NCBI GenBank assembly: GCA_024688505.1
Contig: JAILDZ010000064.1
Span: 1-62,675 of the forward strand
Direction of reading: 5' to 3'
Length of the DNA: 62,675 nucleotides
From: Lachnospiraceae bacterium
GTDB taxonomy: Bacteria > Bacillota > Clostridia > Lachnospirales > Lachnospiraceae
In this document: piece by piece, positions 10,101 through 20,123 of the stretch
How positions within the stretch are numbered: the first letter of the stretch is position 1
Layout: the number at the start of each line of letters is the position of its first letter
Position numbers and translations under genes: made by a program
Notes under the pieces: model-generated
What the model was told of the DNA's origin: nothing
Database searches by the model: none
Seen by the model: only the letters and a program-made list of their open reading frames with translations

Positions 10101-11795
10101 TTAGTCTGTCCTCTGGCTCTTTGTGGCCACTTTCATCTCATACATACGTTCATCTGCCAGCTTATATATCTTTTCTGCATTATGCTGGGCTACTTCATTA
10201 CTGAAAGCCACCCCATAAGAACAATGGATCGGATATTCCGATGACTTTGACTCCTCTTCCATCTTCTGATTTATCCTGTCGGTATACTTGCTTATGGTCC
10301 TGTCGCTTCTGTTTCTAAGCTGTATGACGAGGAACTCGTCTCCTCCCATTCGCACTACTGTCCAGTTTTCCGAGAATGAATCCGTAAGGATTTTAGAAAA
10401 CTTCCGTATCAACTCATCACCAGCCTCATGTCCATAGGTATCATTCACCTTTTTAAGGCCATTAAGATCAAAACTGAATACCGTGCACTGAGCCGATTCG
10501 TCTTCATTATACTTTTTAAAGATCTCTTCACATTTTGCTCTGTTGTACAGACCTGTCATGGGATCCTGATATGCCATCTTTGTCAGCATCTCCCGCTCTG
10601 TCCTGTACATCACCAGGCTATAGATATAAGCCAGATATGAGCACATGAGTATGATTATGAAAATCACTGTGCCTTCCGGCAGTATGCTGTGTGACAAAAT
10701 GCGTGAATCCGGAAACACATATTTCTGAAGATTGAATCTCACCACATCCACTATAGCAAAAGCCAATAACTCAAAGAGGCCGATATTTAAAATGAGTTCA
10801 TCCCTTCTCATATTGGTAAAGGGTTTCAGTCCCACAGCAAACGCGATCAGCACGGAAAGCACCGCAATGATATGGAACATGGTGATAAATGAAGATATGT
10901 GTACCACATTGAAGAAATGAAGGAACCACGCTATAAACGAAAACGATACGGTGGCGACAGTCACTCCATTAAGTGACATCCGTTTCCATTTCGCATCACC
11001 CACTCCCATCTTCTGAACCAGCACCAGCATAGGCACAAGCGCGATATAAAGAGTGAAATATTCCATAAATGAGTTAAGCGACAGGTCTCTGGAGAATAGT
11101 TCTATGACTTTAGTGCTGCATAATGTCCATATGCCAATAAGCAGCGAAAACAGGCCTATATAAATAAGCCTTTCATATATCACATTTTTAAGCCTGGCTA
11201 TAATCCCCACCAGGGAAAGCACTGTACCGAAAACTATGAGAAAAGATCCGGCAAACATTCCGGATGCATTGGATGCCATGAAGGCAGTGTAGGTGTAATC
11301 TGCCGCTGTGATCACAAAGGGCGGAATGCTGGTAAACGCAGCATATTCTGCAGGTTTCAGCACCACCTTTATTTCCTTTCCCATTGAGTCATGGGGCAGA
11401 TAAACAAAGTGGTAACCGCTACCCACGAAGCGGCCAATATCATATGCTTCATTTCCGTAACTGTATATACTCTTTCCATCCACATATACATCCACAGTGG
11501 TAAGATATACCAGTATCTGCAGCGTGCTGTTTATCCCTATATCCGATGGGACTATGTTCCGAAGCTCTATCACATCGCCTTTTTTTATGATACGGTCAAA
11601 AGAATACCCGGAAAGATCCACATTTTCGCGGGACTCTCCGTTTACGGTGACAGTCCAGCCGGAGTCCATCTCTGTCTTTACTATGCCGGTATAATTACGG
11701 TATATAACAGCTACCACAAATCCAAAAAGAGAGATAAAAAGCAGTGCAGCGCCAACGAAACTGACATACCGTTTTATATTGAAATCAGTATTCAT
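10101..11795 (-). CDS. Membrane-bound diguanylate cyclase (extracellular domain + about 7 TM + GGDEF)
   Basis: DPMTGLYNR, DLNGLKKVNDTYGHEAGD, RMGGDEF, ADERMYEMK. Confidence 0.9.
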   Translation of the reverse strand: MNTDFNIKRYVSFVGAALLFISLFGFVVAVIYRNYTGIVKTEMDSGWTVTVNGESRENVDLSGYSFDRIIKKGDVIELRNIVPSDIGINSTLQILVYLTTVDVYVDGKSIYSYGNEAYDIGRFVGSGYHFVYLPHDSMGKEIKVVLKPAEYAAFTSIPPFVITAADYTYTAFMASNASGMFAGSFLIVFGTVLSLVGIIARLKNVIYERLIYIGLFSLLIGIWTLCSTKVIELFSRDLSLNSFMEYFTLYIALVPMLVLVQKMGVGDAKWKRMSLNGVTVATVSFSFIAWFLHFFNVVHISSFITMFHIIAVLSVLIAFAVGLKPFTNMRRDELILNIGLFELLAFAIVDVVRFNLQKYVFPDSRILSHSILPEGTVIFIIILMCSYLAYIYSLVMYRTEREMLTKMAYQDPMTGLYNRAKCEEIFKKYNEDESAQCTVFSFDLNGLKKVNDTYGHEAGDELIRKFSKILTDSFSENWTVVRMGGDEFLVIQLRNRSDRTISKYTDRINQKMEEESKSSEYPIHCSYGVAFSNEVAQHNAEKIYKLADERMYEMKVATKSQRTD

Positions 11796-11875
11796 CGTGT
11801 GTCTCCAAATGTTTATTCATGCATAGATAGCTTATTATACCATACACACTCTCTTAATTCACATAGACATCTGCT

Positions 11876-14386
11876 TCAATCTGATGAATGCTCTTTTCCC
11901 TGTTTTTTAAAGTCTTTATACTGAAATGCATATTTTTCGTAAAGTATCACATACATTATCATCCAAAGGCAGAATCCGAACACCATCAGGATCACGCCCT
12001 GACGCTTAAGAGGATATCCGATCATCACTTCGGTAGTTCCTTTATTTACCCGAAGGAGACGATCTTCGGTATCGTATTTTGTATCCCCGGTTACCGAAAA
12101 ATTGTCCTGAAATGCTATAGTGGTATTTACCATATCCTCTTCTGATGTGATGATGATGCGATCAGTACCATAATCTACCGTGATAGGCACTATGGTTCGC
12201 TCCGGCGGGTCATACATGGATGCATCCATGGCTTTTTCAATAATAGCCTTTGTCGCAGGATCCTGTGTGGAAAGATAGTGGTAAAAAAGATTCAGGCCTA
12301 CCACCACCACATTTTCGTTATATATGGTTCCTATAAAGGGCATTTCAAGCGATTCATCGAAGAAGTAGCCCCACACATCATCCAGTCCGTTCAGGAAGGT
12401 AGTTCTCCAGTTTTGATAGAGCTCGTTAAAAAGATCTGTATCATATACTTCTTCCCCCATATATAACAATGGATAACCGTTTTCAAAAGATATACTTGAT
12501 GACTGCACTCCCATAAATTCCTGCATCTGGATCTTTTCATTTACAGGGATACCGTCAGATGCTATTACGATCCTTACTCCCGAGTCGGATAAATCTTTTA
12601 CCAGCTTTTCGGCAGCGTCTTTGTCATGATAAAAAAAGTGATCCAAAAGAATTGTGTGATATGCGGCCAGGTCCTCAAATGTATAATCATCCAGATACGG
12701 AGTGTCGCTTTCCTGCATATTGGGATAAAACATGGTGGTATCACCTATTGATGTTCCTATTCCGAAATGCTCATATTCTGTTTTCACTCCGAAGCACTCT
12801 GCATCAGTATCTAATGAAAAAAGAAGATACCCGTTATTACTGTCTTTAAGCTCATAGCCCACGGACTTTGCGGCGGAAATGGCTTTTTCCACATCATGTT
12901 CTCCATTCCTTAATATTGATATCCGAAGCAAGACAGTATCATTTCCCAGTTCCAGACATCTGTCAAAGGCATGGGTATATTCACCTGAGTCAATAGCCTC
13001 ATTTATCCTTGTGATATTTATCCTGGTATATGCAGCTTCAAACCCGGCGCCGTAGCTTTGCATGACAGGCCTCTCTCCTGATGCCAGATAATACGGGGCT
13101 GTTGCTCCCAGGGAAGCCTCATCCAGTACTGCTACCCTTTGTCTTGTAATCTCCTTTGCCTTATCCAGCATGGCTTCCTCTGCAAAAGCATTTATTCCAT
13201 CAATCGGGGCTGCACTACTTTCTCCTCTGTAGATGAGAGCGATGGACGGGATAATGTCGACCACCAGAAGTATTGCAAATACTATTGCTATCCAAGGTCT
13301 TAAACTCCTCCAATATAAGAATCCAAAATAGCTTAAGCATACTGCAAGGGTTAAAAACCTCAGCATCCACATGAACCTTCCCCCGGGAATCGATGATATA
13401 AGCGGATAAGCGCTTACTGAGCTTCCGAGGAGTATGATGATGGCTGAGATAAAAAATGCTTTTTCTTTTCTGTGGCAAAAAAGGATTGCAAATAGGCAGA
13501 ATAGAGCCGAAGCCAGCCCGAAATAATTCGTCCTTCCTCCTGTAGATAGCCTGGCCAGAGGATCCAATGTGGTGGAAAGCTCCTGGAAATTAGAAATGGC
13601 AAGAGAAGCATTTCCTGCACTAGCCATACCTCCCACAGCACCCGGCAGCACAATGATACCAATCACCATAGCCCCCGTTAATATAAGGATTACAATCGTA
13701 ATGATGGAAAACTTGACAGACCTATGATTAATGATCTTAAACACGATAAGATATAAAAGCAGTGCCAGAGCCACCATAGATCCAAAACCCAGATGTCCCA
13801 GGATGACAAGTGCGGAAAAGATCACTATCCACTTTATCATTCTGACATTTTTCGTATCTATCCACTCGAATACCGCGCTGTACAGATATGGTGTGAATGC
13901 CAGGCAGAAACCCATGGCCATATTCCCGGCACCGAAATAATTCATCATGGCATTCGGCACAAAAAACCAGATGAGTCCCAGGAAACCGCCGCTTAAGACT
14001 CTGTCTCTTCTGATACCGGCCCATAAAAATCCACAGGCTCCTACAAAATATAAAAAACCGGTATATAGTTCATAACCTATAAATACCTCTTCCGGAAAAT
14101 ACATGCTTCCCAGCATCTGAAAAAGTGCGATAAGGTATGCCGAAGCAGGTGCAAAATATCTGAACAGCTGCACACCGTTATACATATACCTGTTATATAA
14201 GGGGAAATAATTCCCGATCTTAAAATTCTCAATCAAAAATTCCGCCCGATAGATATGATACATGGTATCATCCCCGGACGGATATTTTCCGCTGATATGA
14301 AGTACATACACTATCCCTGCCCAGACAAAAGCATAGGCAGAAATAAAGAATAATACGGTAAATGTTTTACCCAGTGCCTTTTTCAA
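11876..14386 (-). CDS. '6-pyruvoyl-tetrahydropterin synthase-related' polytopic membrane protein (probable GT-C fold)
   Basis: About 12 N-terminal TM helices, GDDTMYH and YNGVQLFRYFAP early-loop motifs, large extracellular domain, C-terminal TM; xrtG-locus context. Confidence 0.7.
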   Translation of the reverse strand: MKKALGKTFTVLFFISAYAFVWAGIVYVLHISGKYPSGDDTMYHIYRAEFLIENFKIGNYFPLYNRYMYNGVQLFRYFAPASAYLIALFQMLGSMYFPEEVFIGYELYTGFLYFVGACGFLWAGIRRDRVLSGGFLGLIWFFVPNAMMNYFGAGNMAMGFCLAFTPYLYSAVFEWIDTKNVRMIKWIVIFSALVILGHLGFGSMVALALLLYLIVFKIINHRSVKFSIITIVILILTGAMVIGIIVLPGAVGGMASAGNASLAISNFQELSTTLDPLARLSTGGRTNYFGLASALFCLFAILFCHRKEKAFFISAIIILLGSSVSAYPLISSIPGGRFMWMLRFLTLAVCLSYFGFLYWRSLRPWIAIVFAILLVVDIIPSIALIYRGESSAAPIDGINAFAEEAMLDKAKEITRQRVAVLDEASLGATAPYYLASGERPVMQSYGAGFEAAYTRINITRINEAIDSGEYTHAFDRCLELGNDTVLLRISILRNGEHDVEKAISAAKSVGYELKDSNNGYLLFSLDTDAECFGVKTEYEHFGIGTSIGDTTMFYPNMQESDTPYLDDYTFEDLAAYHTILLDHFFYHDKDAAEKLVKDLSDSGVRIVIASDGIPVNEKIQMQEFMGVQSSSISFENGYPLLYMGEEVYDTDLFNELYQNWRTTFLNGLDDVWGYFFDESLEMPFIGTIYNENVVVVGLNLFYHYLSTQDPATKAIIEKAMDASMYDPPERTIVPITVDYGTDRIIITSEEDMVNTTIAFQDNFSVTGDTKYDTEDRLLRVNKGTTEVMIGYPLKRQGVILMVFGFCLWMIMYVILYEKYAFQYKDFKKQGKEHSSD

Positions 14387-14395
14387 TATTCTCTC

Positions 14396-14860
14396 CTACT
14401 GTCCGAGCACATCATTTATGACAGAATCCACCACATGCTGCACCACCTTCTGCCTTTCTATCGTCATCTCGTCGCACACGCCTTCGTCCTCCTGATAGTC
14501 TATGACATAGCTTCTGGTGGGAGTCTCCGAGCTTTCCATCCATAACAGTTCTCCGCCGATATCCTTGATGATCCGCCTGAACTGCTCACCGAAATAATCC
14601 GATACATGCTCCAGTGTGGGAATGATCCGGTCAAAAGGTTCCACTGTATTTATCAGTTTATTCTGATAAGGTATCAGGTATTCCTCAATGGCTTTTTCAA
14701 ATATGTTAAACTGCAGAAACTTATTGGTCAGTTTCTTTATATGTACTGTGAATTCCCACGTGTGAGGATGGGTCTGGCCTTCCTTCCCCTTTACAATGAT
14801 AAAATGGCTGATATTCAGATAGAATTTAAACTTATATTCACGGCTGATCATTACTCGCAT
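14396..14860 (-). CDS. QueD/6-pyruvoyl-tetrahydropterin synthase-like T-fold protein (xrtG-associated)
   Basis: SH...HPHTW, PTLE and SETP motifs. Confidence 0.8.
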   Translation of the reverse strand: MRVMISREYKFKFYLNISHFIIVKGKEGQTHPHTWEFTVHIKKLTNKFLQFNIFEKAIEEYLIPYQNKLINTVEPFDRIIPTLEHVSDYFGEQFRRIIKDIGGELLWMESSETPTRSYVIDYQEDEGVCDEMTIERQKVVQHVVDSVINDVLGQ

Positions 14861-15942
14861 AAGATATCACCTGTTATACTCTCGTAAAATCTGTTTGCCA
14901 CGGATATGGCAGGTTCCTCACCCTTTTCCCATCCGGCTACGCCCTTTTCTTCCTCGGTCCTCAAATAGAATCTATTGAAATTCTGCAAAGCCTCTTCTTT
15001 TCCTATACCCACAAACAATAGAAAGATACGATCATCATTTCCGTCCATCTGAAAACGTAAAGTATTCTTATCCAGAAAAACAAGTGCATCTTCCAGGAAT
15101 GCATTTCTATGTTCTTCTGACCTGAATTCCAGAAGACCGAAGGACATCTTTTCCACGCCCTTCTCTTCGAATCCTATTATAAATGATTCTATCATGCTTT
15201 GTCTGTAGAGATTCCATCTGGGGTGGAACATATCATTTTTATTAATGCGGTGATTAAGCTTTTCTATGGTCTGATTAAACCTTAATGCCTGATCATCCAT
15301 GCTTTCAAGTTCCACTAATCTTTTACGGACATTATCGGTCAGGCTGATAAGCGCAATGCCTGCAATGACAAGCATCATTATCAGTACCGCATAGAGGATT
15401 ATCTTGGCTGACAGAAATGTATTTTCCTGAAGCACCACATTTACATCAGTCATGAGACACATGGTATAGTCTGCTCCCTGAAATCGAAAAACCGTCCCTG
15501 AGACCACATACCTTTCACCATCCAGTTTGATGATCTCATGAGACACATAGTTCAGTTTCATATCTTCAAGAAATGAAAGACCGGCTTTCGAAGCAAAAAA
15601 TGTGGCCGTGGAAAATCCCTTGTAGCGGTTTGTTTCCTGAACGTTTTTCACGAAGATCAGTTTGTCATCCTCGGAAAGAGTCCAGTATCTTTGATTCGAA
15701 GAATCCATGGTATTAAGTATAGCCGTGATATCATCTGAAGAGGCATTTTCTCCTAACAGATTGATCTGGTCCAAAACCAATTGTGTGAAGGAATCCTGCT
15801 GTCTGGCATAGACTGCCAGCACACCCTCATCATAATAGTGGATATAGTATGCTCCCACGGCCATGCAGAACAGCATAAGTACAATGGCAAGCATCGTACC
15901 CCGATATACTCTTTTCTTAGAGGCTGCTCTGCTCTCTTCCAT
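14851..15942 (-). CDS. Two-TM membrane protein with extracellular domain and cytoplasmic tail
   Basis: TM at the N-terminus and at about aa 180-200; overlaps both neighbours. Confidence 0.7.
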   Translation of the reverse strand: MEESRAASKKRVYRGTMLAIVLMLFCMAVGAYYIHYYDEGVLAVYARQQDSFTQLVLDQINLLGENASSDDITAILNTMDSSNQRYWTLSEDDKLIFVKNVQETNRYKGFSTATFFASKAGLSFLEDMKLNYVSHEIIKLDGERYVVSGTVFRFQGADYTMCLMTDVNVVLQENTFLSAKIILYAVLIMMLVIAGIALISLTDNVRKRLVELESMDDQALRFNQTIEKLNHRINKNDMFHPRWNLYRQSMIESFIIGFEEKGVEKMSFGLLEFRSEEHRNAFLEDALVFLDKNTLRFQMDGNDDRIFLLFVGIGKEEALQNFNRFYLRTEEEKGVAGWEKGEEPAISVANRFYESITGDILCE

Positions 15943-17320
15943 TGACTTCTCCGTTTACGTAGTTCTTGATGCCTGAAAAAAAACTGATAAGTGGAGACCA
16001 TTCCTCTTTCACCACATCTATAAATGCATTTTTTTCCTCGGTCAGGTTCATTGTGCGCCATGAGCTTTTCGTATCGATGCTGTTGATCACTCCGGCAAAG
16101 CGAATAAAGAACACAGCAAAGTTAAAGAACGGCAAAAGGAAAACCACATACCACTGTTTGCAATAGTACCTTCTTATCTCCGGGAAATCCTTTAAAAAGC
16201 CCACAGTAGAGATAAAATACAGGATTCCCATCAGGATGTATAATGAAAAGATAAAACCTGTAGCAAAAATGATGGCATTGGCTGCATAATTTGCCACCAG
16301 AAGGCAAAGCAGAGCCATGTACCATATCATTCTCGGAAAGGCAAAGGTATGATCATACACCAGTGTCTTTACGTTTTCATCCGTAAACATCTTAAGCGGG
16401 CTCATATCATTCTTTAAAAACAGAGTGGACACCTCAAGGCTTCCCCTCTGCCACCGCTGTCTTTGAGTATATAGCTTATTAAAGTCTTCTATTGGGTCTA
16501 CTAAGAAAATGGAGTCTTCGCAAATCCCCACCTTCATACCCTGGATATATTTCATCTGAAAAGTGATCTGAGTGTCCTCAGCCAATGTTTCGGAATTATA
16601 TAGCTGTGACTTTAATACGGCATCCTTTCTGAAAGCGGAAAAAGCTCCGGATAGTGTGTACACTGCATTCTTCTCTGCCGCATAATTTCTTCCCGCCAGA
16701 AATGCCTGGGCATATTCCATAAATTCCATCTTTCTGAAAAGTCTGGGCATCCCGAAGCGGTATTTCTCTATCTGGGCCGGATCCGTAAGGATGGTGCCGG
16801 TCACACACTCCAGGTCCTCTTCTGCCTCAAATCTTTTTACCATATTTGAAAGGGCATGCTTCTCCAGAAGACCGTCACTGTCTATATGTACGATATACTT
16901 TCCTTCGCTGTTAAAGAGTGCCAGATTCAAGGCTTTTGATTTACCCTGCTTGGCATTCATCCACTGTACCAGAAGCTCGGGATACTTTTTCTGACACTCT
17001 GAGAATACTTTGAAGCTTTCATCGGTACCCTCGTTATTTACGAGATATATACGCATCGCATCATTTGGATAATCGCTCTCGTATATGGATCTGAGACAAT
17101 TCTCCAGGGTATCTGCCGAATTATATACCGGAATGATAATGGATATCTCCGGAGCAAATTTAGGCATCTCATATACCTTATGCCGTCGCTTCTTTCTGAA
17201 AAGCACCACTACACTTCCTATGGCAGGAATGATCTCCATAACCACCGGTATGATTATCCATGCTGACCAGAAAAGTATGGAATTAAAAAAAGTGTTAATC
17301 ACGGTCATAACGGAATCCAC
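15917..17320 (-). CDS. GT2 processive glycosyltransferase, exosortase G-associated
   Basis: IIIPVYN, GKSKALN, DSD, LSGAFSAFR, AED and QRQRW motifs with flanking TMs. Start may be ATG 17308. Confidence 0.88.
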   Translation of the reverse strand: MDSVMTVINTFFNSILFWSAWIIIPVVMEIIPAIGSVVVLFRKKRRHKVYEMPKFAPEISIIIPVYNSADTLENCLRSIYESDYPNDAMRIYLVNNEGTDESFKVFSECQKKYPELLVQWMNAKQGKSKALNLALFNSEGKYIVHIDSDGLLEKHALSNMVKRFEAEEDLECVTGTILTDPAQIEKYRFGMPRLFRKMEFMEYAQAFLAGRNYAAEKNAVYTLSGAFSAFRKDAVLKSQLYNSETLAEDTQITFQMKYIQGMKVGICEDSIFLVDPIEDFNKLYTQRQRWQRGSLEVSTLFLKNDMSPLKMFTDENVKTLVYDHTFAFPRMIWYMALLCLLVANYAANAIIFATGFIFSLYILMGILYFISTVGFLKDFPEIRRYYCKQWYVVFLLPFFNFAVFFIRFAGVINSIDTKSSWRTMNLTEEKNAFIDVVKEEWSPLISFFSGIKNYVNGEVNGREQSSL

Positions 17321-17891
17321 CCACTTTTTGACGCACGATCTGACTCTTGGTGAATACTATAAAATACAGTGCTACCGAAAGTGTATAAAAAATGATCCTG
17401 CCAATATATGTATGTGCAATATAATATGATCCCACACCGAAGAAATGTATTATCACACAGATCGCAGTCACCCTGATAACATTGGCAAAAACTATATAAG
17501 CCGTGCCGGCCAGCCCCACTATCCATCTTTCCTGTATCGAATACACGTTAAAGAATACCAGAAGACAAAGAAACGCAAAGATCTCAATGATACCTGAACA
17601 CTCAAAGTCTATAGTAAGAGTCAGTGTATCCGCTCCGGATTCCACAAAGATCACGCTGTATTTATAATACGCAGTGAAAAAGCCGAACAGTTTTCCAAAA
17701 AGGCCCGTGATACCCGCCACAACCTGAGACAACGGAGTGGTGGCAAAAGGCATCACTGCTACCATCAGGAAAATAAAAAGACCGGCGCTTCCGATAATGA
17801 AGCGCCAGAATGATAGCTTGGCTTTTTTAAGCACATGTAACAGATATAACCAGATGATCGTTAGGACTGTGACTATGACGATCTTTGTCAT
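17295..17891 (-). CDS. xrtG: Exosortase family protein XrtG
   Basis: Exosortase Cys/Arg/His triad motifs ECSG, NVIR, AH in a hydrophobic 198-aa protein; locus context. Confidence 0.85.
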   Translation of the reverse strand: MTKIVIVTVLTIIWLYLLHVLKKAKLSFWRFIIGSAGLFIFLMVAVMPFATTPLSQVVAGITGLFGKLFGFFTAYYKYSVIFVESGADTLTLTIDFECSGIIEIFAFLCLLVFFNVYSIQERWIVGLAGTAYIVFANVIRVTAICVIIHFFGVGSYYIAHTYIGRIIFYTLSVALYFIVFTKSQIVRQKVGGFRYDRD

Positions 17892-19435
17892 ACAGCTTCC
17901 GCCTCCGGTACATATTTTTCTTTTTTGCGATAATACTTATATGCAGCGAACCCTGCTATAAGTGTAGCGATTATGCCTCCTTCAACGGGGCCTGTGGACG
18001 TACCTGCACAGGAAACCCACTGGTTTCCTATATCGATGAACTGAACCTGTATCGTTTTCAGATCATTTGCGGAAAATGCGCTGTTATTCTTCACGCTATA
18101 TACTTTTGCCAGTTTATCCATATCGATAGAGCATTCCATTTCATAACCTGTTTCGGTAACAAGGACCGTGGCCTTTCCGTAAATGGTATGCGAAGTTTCC
18201 GTTTCCCATGGTTTAAGGCTATTATTAATATTCCATCCGTCATATCCCCATGCCACTGTATTGTCTGCTACGTAAAATGTATACTGTCCGGGTGTAAGGG
18301 AACTCAGGTCATTTTCAGCGCCATTTGTTGTATTTCCGTTGGCATCTACTGTAATAAGCTTTACAAAGACCTGGTTTTGCCAATTGTCAGGAGACCCGTT
18401 CACTGCGATGGTAAATGGTGTCAGGTGCGAAGCGTTTTCGTCCTTGTCAACAGCACTGCTGGTCAATTCATGGATATATAACGTGTCACCGGTGGAATAC
18501 AGTGCAGCACTGCCCTCAGAATCTATAGTAGAATATGCGATCGTGGAATGAGGATATCCGGCCCAGTTTGCAAATCCGCTGCCGGATTCGATCCCTGTTC
18601 CTATGCCCCCGCCACTGTTCGGATCCACCTTGGAGTCACTGGTGCCCTGAAGGTTTGCCACACCGGTGATAAGTTCGCTGCCTTCGTAGTAACCTAAAGA
18701 TATGGTTTCATTATACTCCTTAACCATGGATTCAGGCAGCCTGATCTCATATCGCCCGTTGTTATAAACCACTGATGTGCCTGAAATAGTGTTCCAGTTT
18801 GCATCTGTGATCCTGTCATTTCTTAAATAGAAAACACTCTGTTTGCCTGTGTCAGAAGTGATGACAAACTTTCCGTCATGTGTAACACCTGCACCTGTAG
18901 CTACCTGCCAATAACTGCCGGCAGGCTCACTTATGTATATAAAAATATCATTGCCGTCAAAAACCATGGCAACATCCTGAACTGATCCGTCTGCCACTGT
19001 AGTCTTCGCCACAGAATCCCAGTCTGTCACGCTGCCGTCAAGGCTAATCCCGGTGTAAGCAGCTGCCCTATCGGAAGGTGTCTCTGTTTCTTCCTGTGTT
19101 ACTTCCTCTGTTTCTTCCTCCGTTTCTCCTGATCCCGTAGCACTGTCAGTGTCCTCCGGGTTCACGGCTTCATCTGTCTGCTCGGTTCCTTCTCCGGCGC
19201 CGTTTACTTCCGTATCTGTTTCATTTCCTTCCGAACTCACTTCCGGACTCACTTCCTCCGGTTCTGATGTCTTTTCACTGTCTGCTGTGCCTTCACCGTC
19301 AGAGACCGTAGTTCCTTCCGCAGCATTTTCCTGCTCCGGCATTTCGGTAGCATACACGTTTGCCGGGATCGCACCTGCCATCAGGAATGCGCCGCAAAAT
19401 ACTGCCATAAATAAACTTAAGAATCTCTTCTTCAT
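17888..19435 (-). CDS. Secreted Firmicu-CTERM sorting domain protein (probable XrtG substrate)
   Basis: Signal peptide MKKRFLSLF..VYA, Glu/Thr-rich linker, C-terminal GTSTGP + TM + RKKEK; directly upstream of xrtG. Confidence 0.8.
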   Translation of the reverse strand: MKKRFLSLFMAVFCGAFLMAGAIPANVYATEMPEQENAAEGTTVSDGEGTADSEKTSEPEEVSPEVSSEGNETDTEVNGAGEGTEQTDEAVNPEDTDSATGSGETEEETEEVTQEETETPSDRAAAYTGISLDGSVTDWDSVAKTTVADGSVQDVAMVFDGNDIFIYISEPAGSYWQVATGAGVTHDGKFVITSDTGKQSVFYLRNDRITDANWNTISGTSVVYNNGRYEIRLPESMVKEYNETISLGYYEGSELITGVANLQGTSDSKVDPNSGGGIGTGIESGSGFANWAGYPHSTIAYSTIDSEGSAALYSTGDTLYIHELTSSAVDKDENASHLTPFTIAVNGSPDNWQNQVFVKLITVDANGNTTNGAENDLSSLTPGQYTFYVADNTVAWGYDGWNINNSLKPWETETSHTIYGKATVLVTETGYEMECSIDMDKLAKVYSVKNNSAFSANDLKTIQVQFIDIGNQWVSCAGTSTGPVEGGIIATLIAGFAAYKYYRKKEKYVPEAEAV

Positions 19436-19452
19436 GATTTCACAAACCCTTT

Positions 19453-19830
19453 CTATATACACCTCATATTATAATCCTCGTGTTTTATCACATAAACACG
19501 AAGAGGGTTCTCACTGATCTCAAAACAGACCACATCCCAGTTCTGATCTGCTAACCGACGGGTTATCATTTCATAAACCGCTTCACCGGTATGCTCCAAA
19601 GATGCATCTTCGCCGAATTCAGGCAGATCATTTAAATACTTATCCTGATATACGTCCAAAGTCTCGTTAATGTACTTTTCAATCACATTAAACTCGGTAA
19701 ACATGGTATCCACATTCCCGGGTCTAAGGAAAAACTCTATCTCTAAGACGTGCTGATGCTGATGCAAAGGGTTATTGTCTGCGCTGTGACTCATCTTGAG
19801 ACGATATTTCAAATGATAATATTTCATCAC
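19453..19830 (-). CDS. Second QueD/PTPS-like T-fold protein
   Basis: SH...HQH, SLE and SENP motifs; visibly paralogous to 14396-14860. Confidence 0.75.
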   Translation of the reverse strand: MMKYYHLKYRLKMSHSADNNPLHQHQHVLEIEFFLRPGNVDTMFTEFNVIEKYINETLDVYQDKYLNDLPEFGEDASLEHTGEAVYEMITRRLADQNWDVVCFEISENPLRVYVIKHEDYNMRCI

Positions 19831-19973
19831 ATGCGTCTATTCTTAATAAATACAAATTAACGCGTAAGCTCTCAGATCCATCTTACTGCTTACACGTTTT
19901 TATCTATTATAAAGCAAAATCCCAAAAAATCAAGAAAAGAGACAGGTTTCTTCCTATCTCTTTCAGTTTGTTC

Positions 19974-20122
19974 ACGTGCGCGAGAGGGCGCGGTCGTCCG
20001 GTGGACGACCCTGCGCAGCAGGAGCGCCGACCGGAGCGAAGCGTAGATCGAACCCATTCGAATGCGAACTGCATTCGAATATAAAACAGGGTAGGACATC
20101 TGTCCTACCCTGTTTTATAATA
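19974..20122 (-). repeat. tRNA-linked palindromic element ending in a duplicate of the tRNA 3' end
   Basis: ACGTGCGCGAGAGG at 19974-19987 and 20123-20136; perfect inverted repeats at 19992-20010, 20056-20080 and 20080-20119. Confidence 0.8.
20080..20119 (-). terminator. Strong hairpin, probable tRNA terminator (bidirectional)
   Basis: TATAAAACAGGGTAGGACA-TC-TGTCCTACCCTGTTTTATA, 19-bp perfect inverted repeat directly 3' of the tRNA. Confidence 0.7.
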
Positions 20123-20123
20123 A

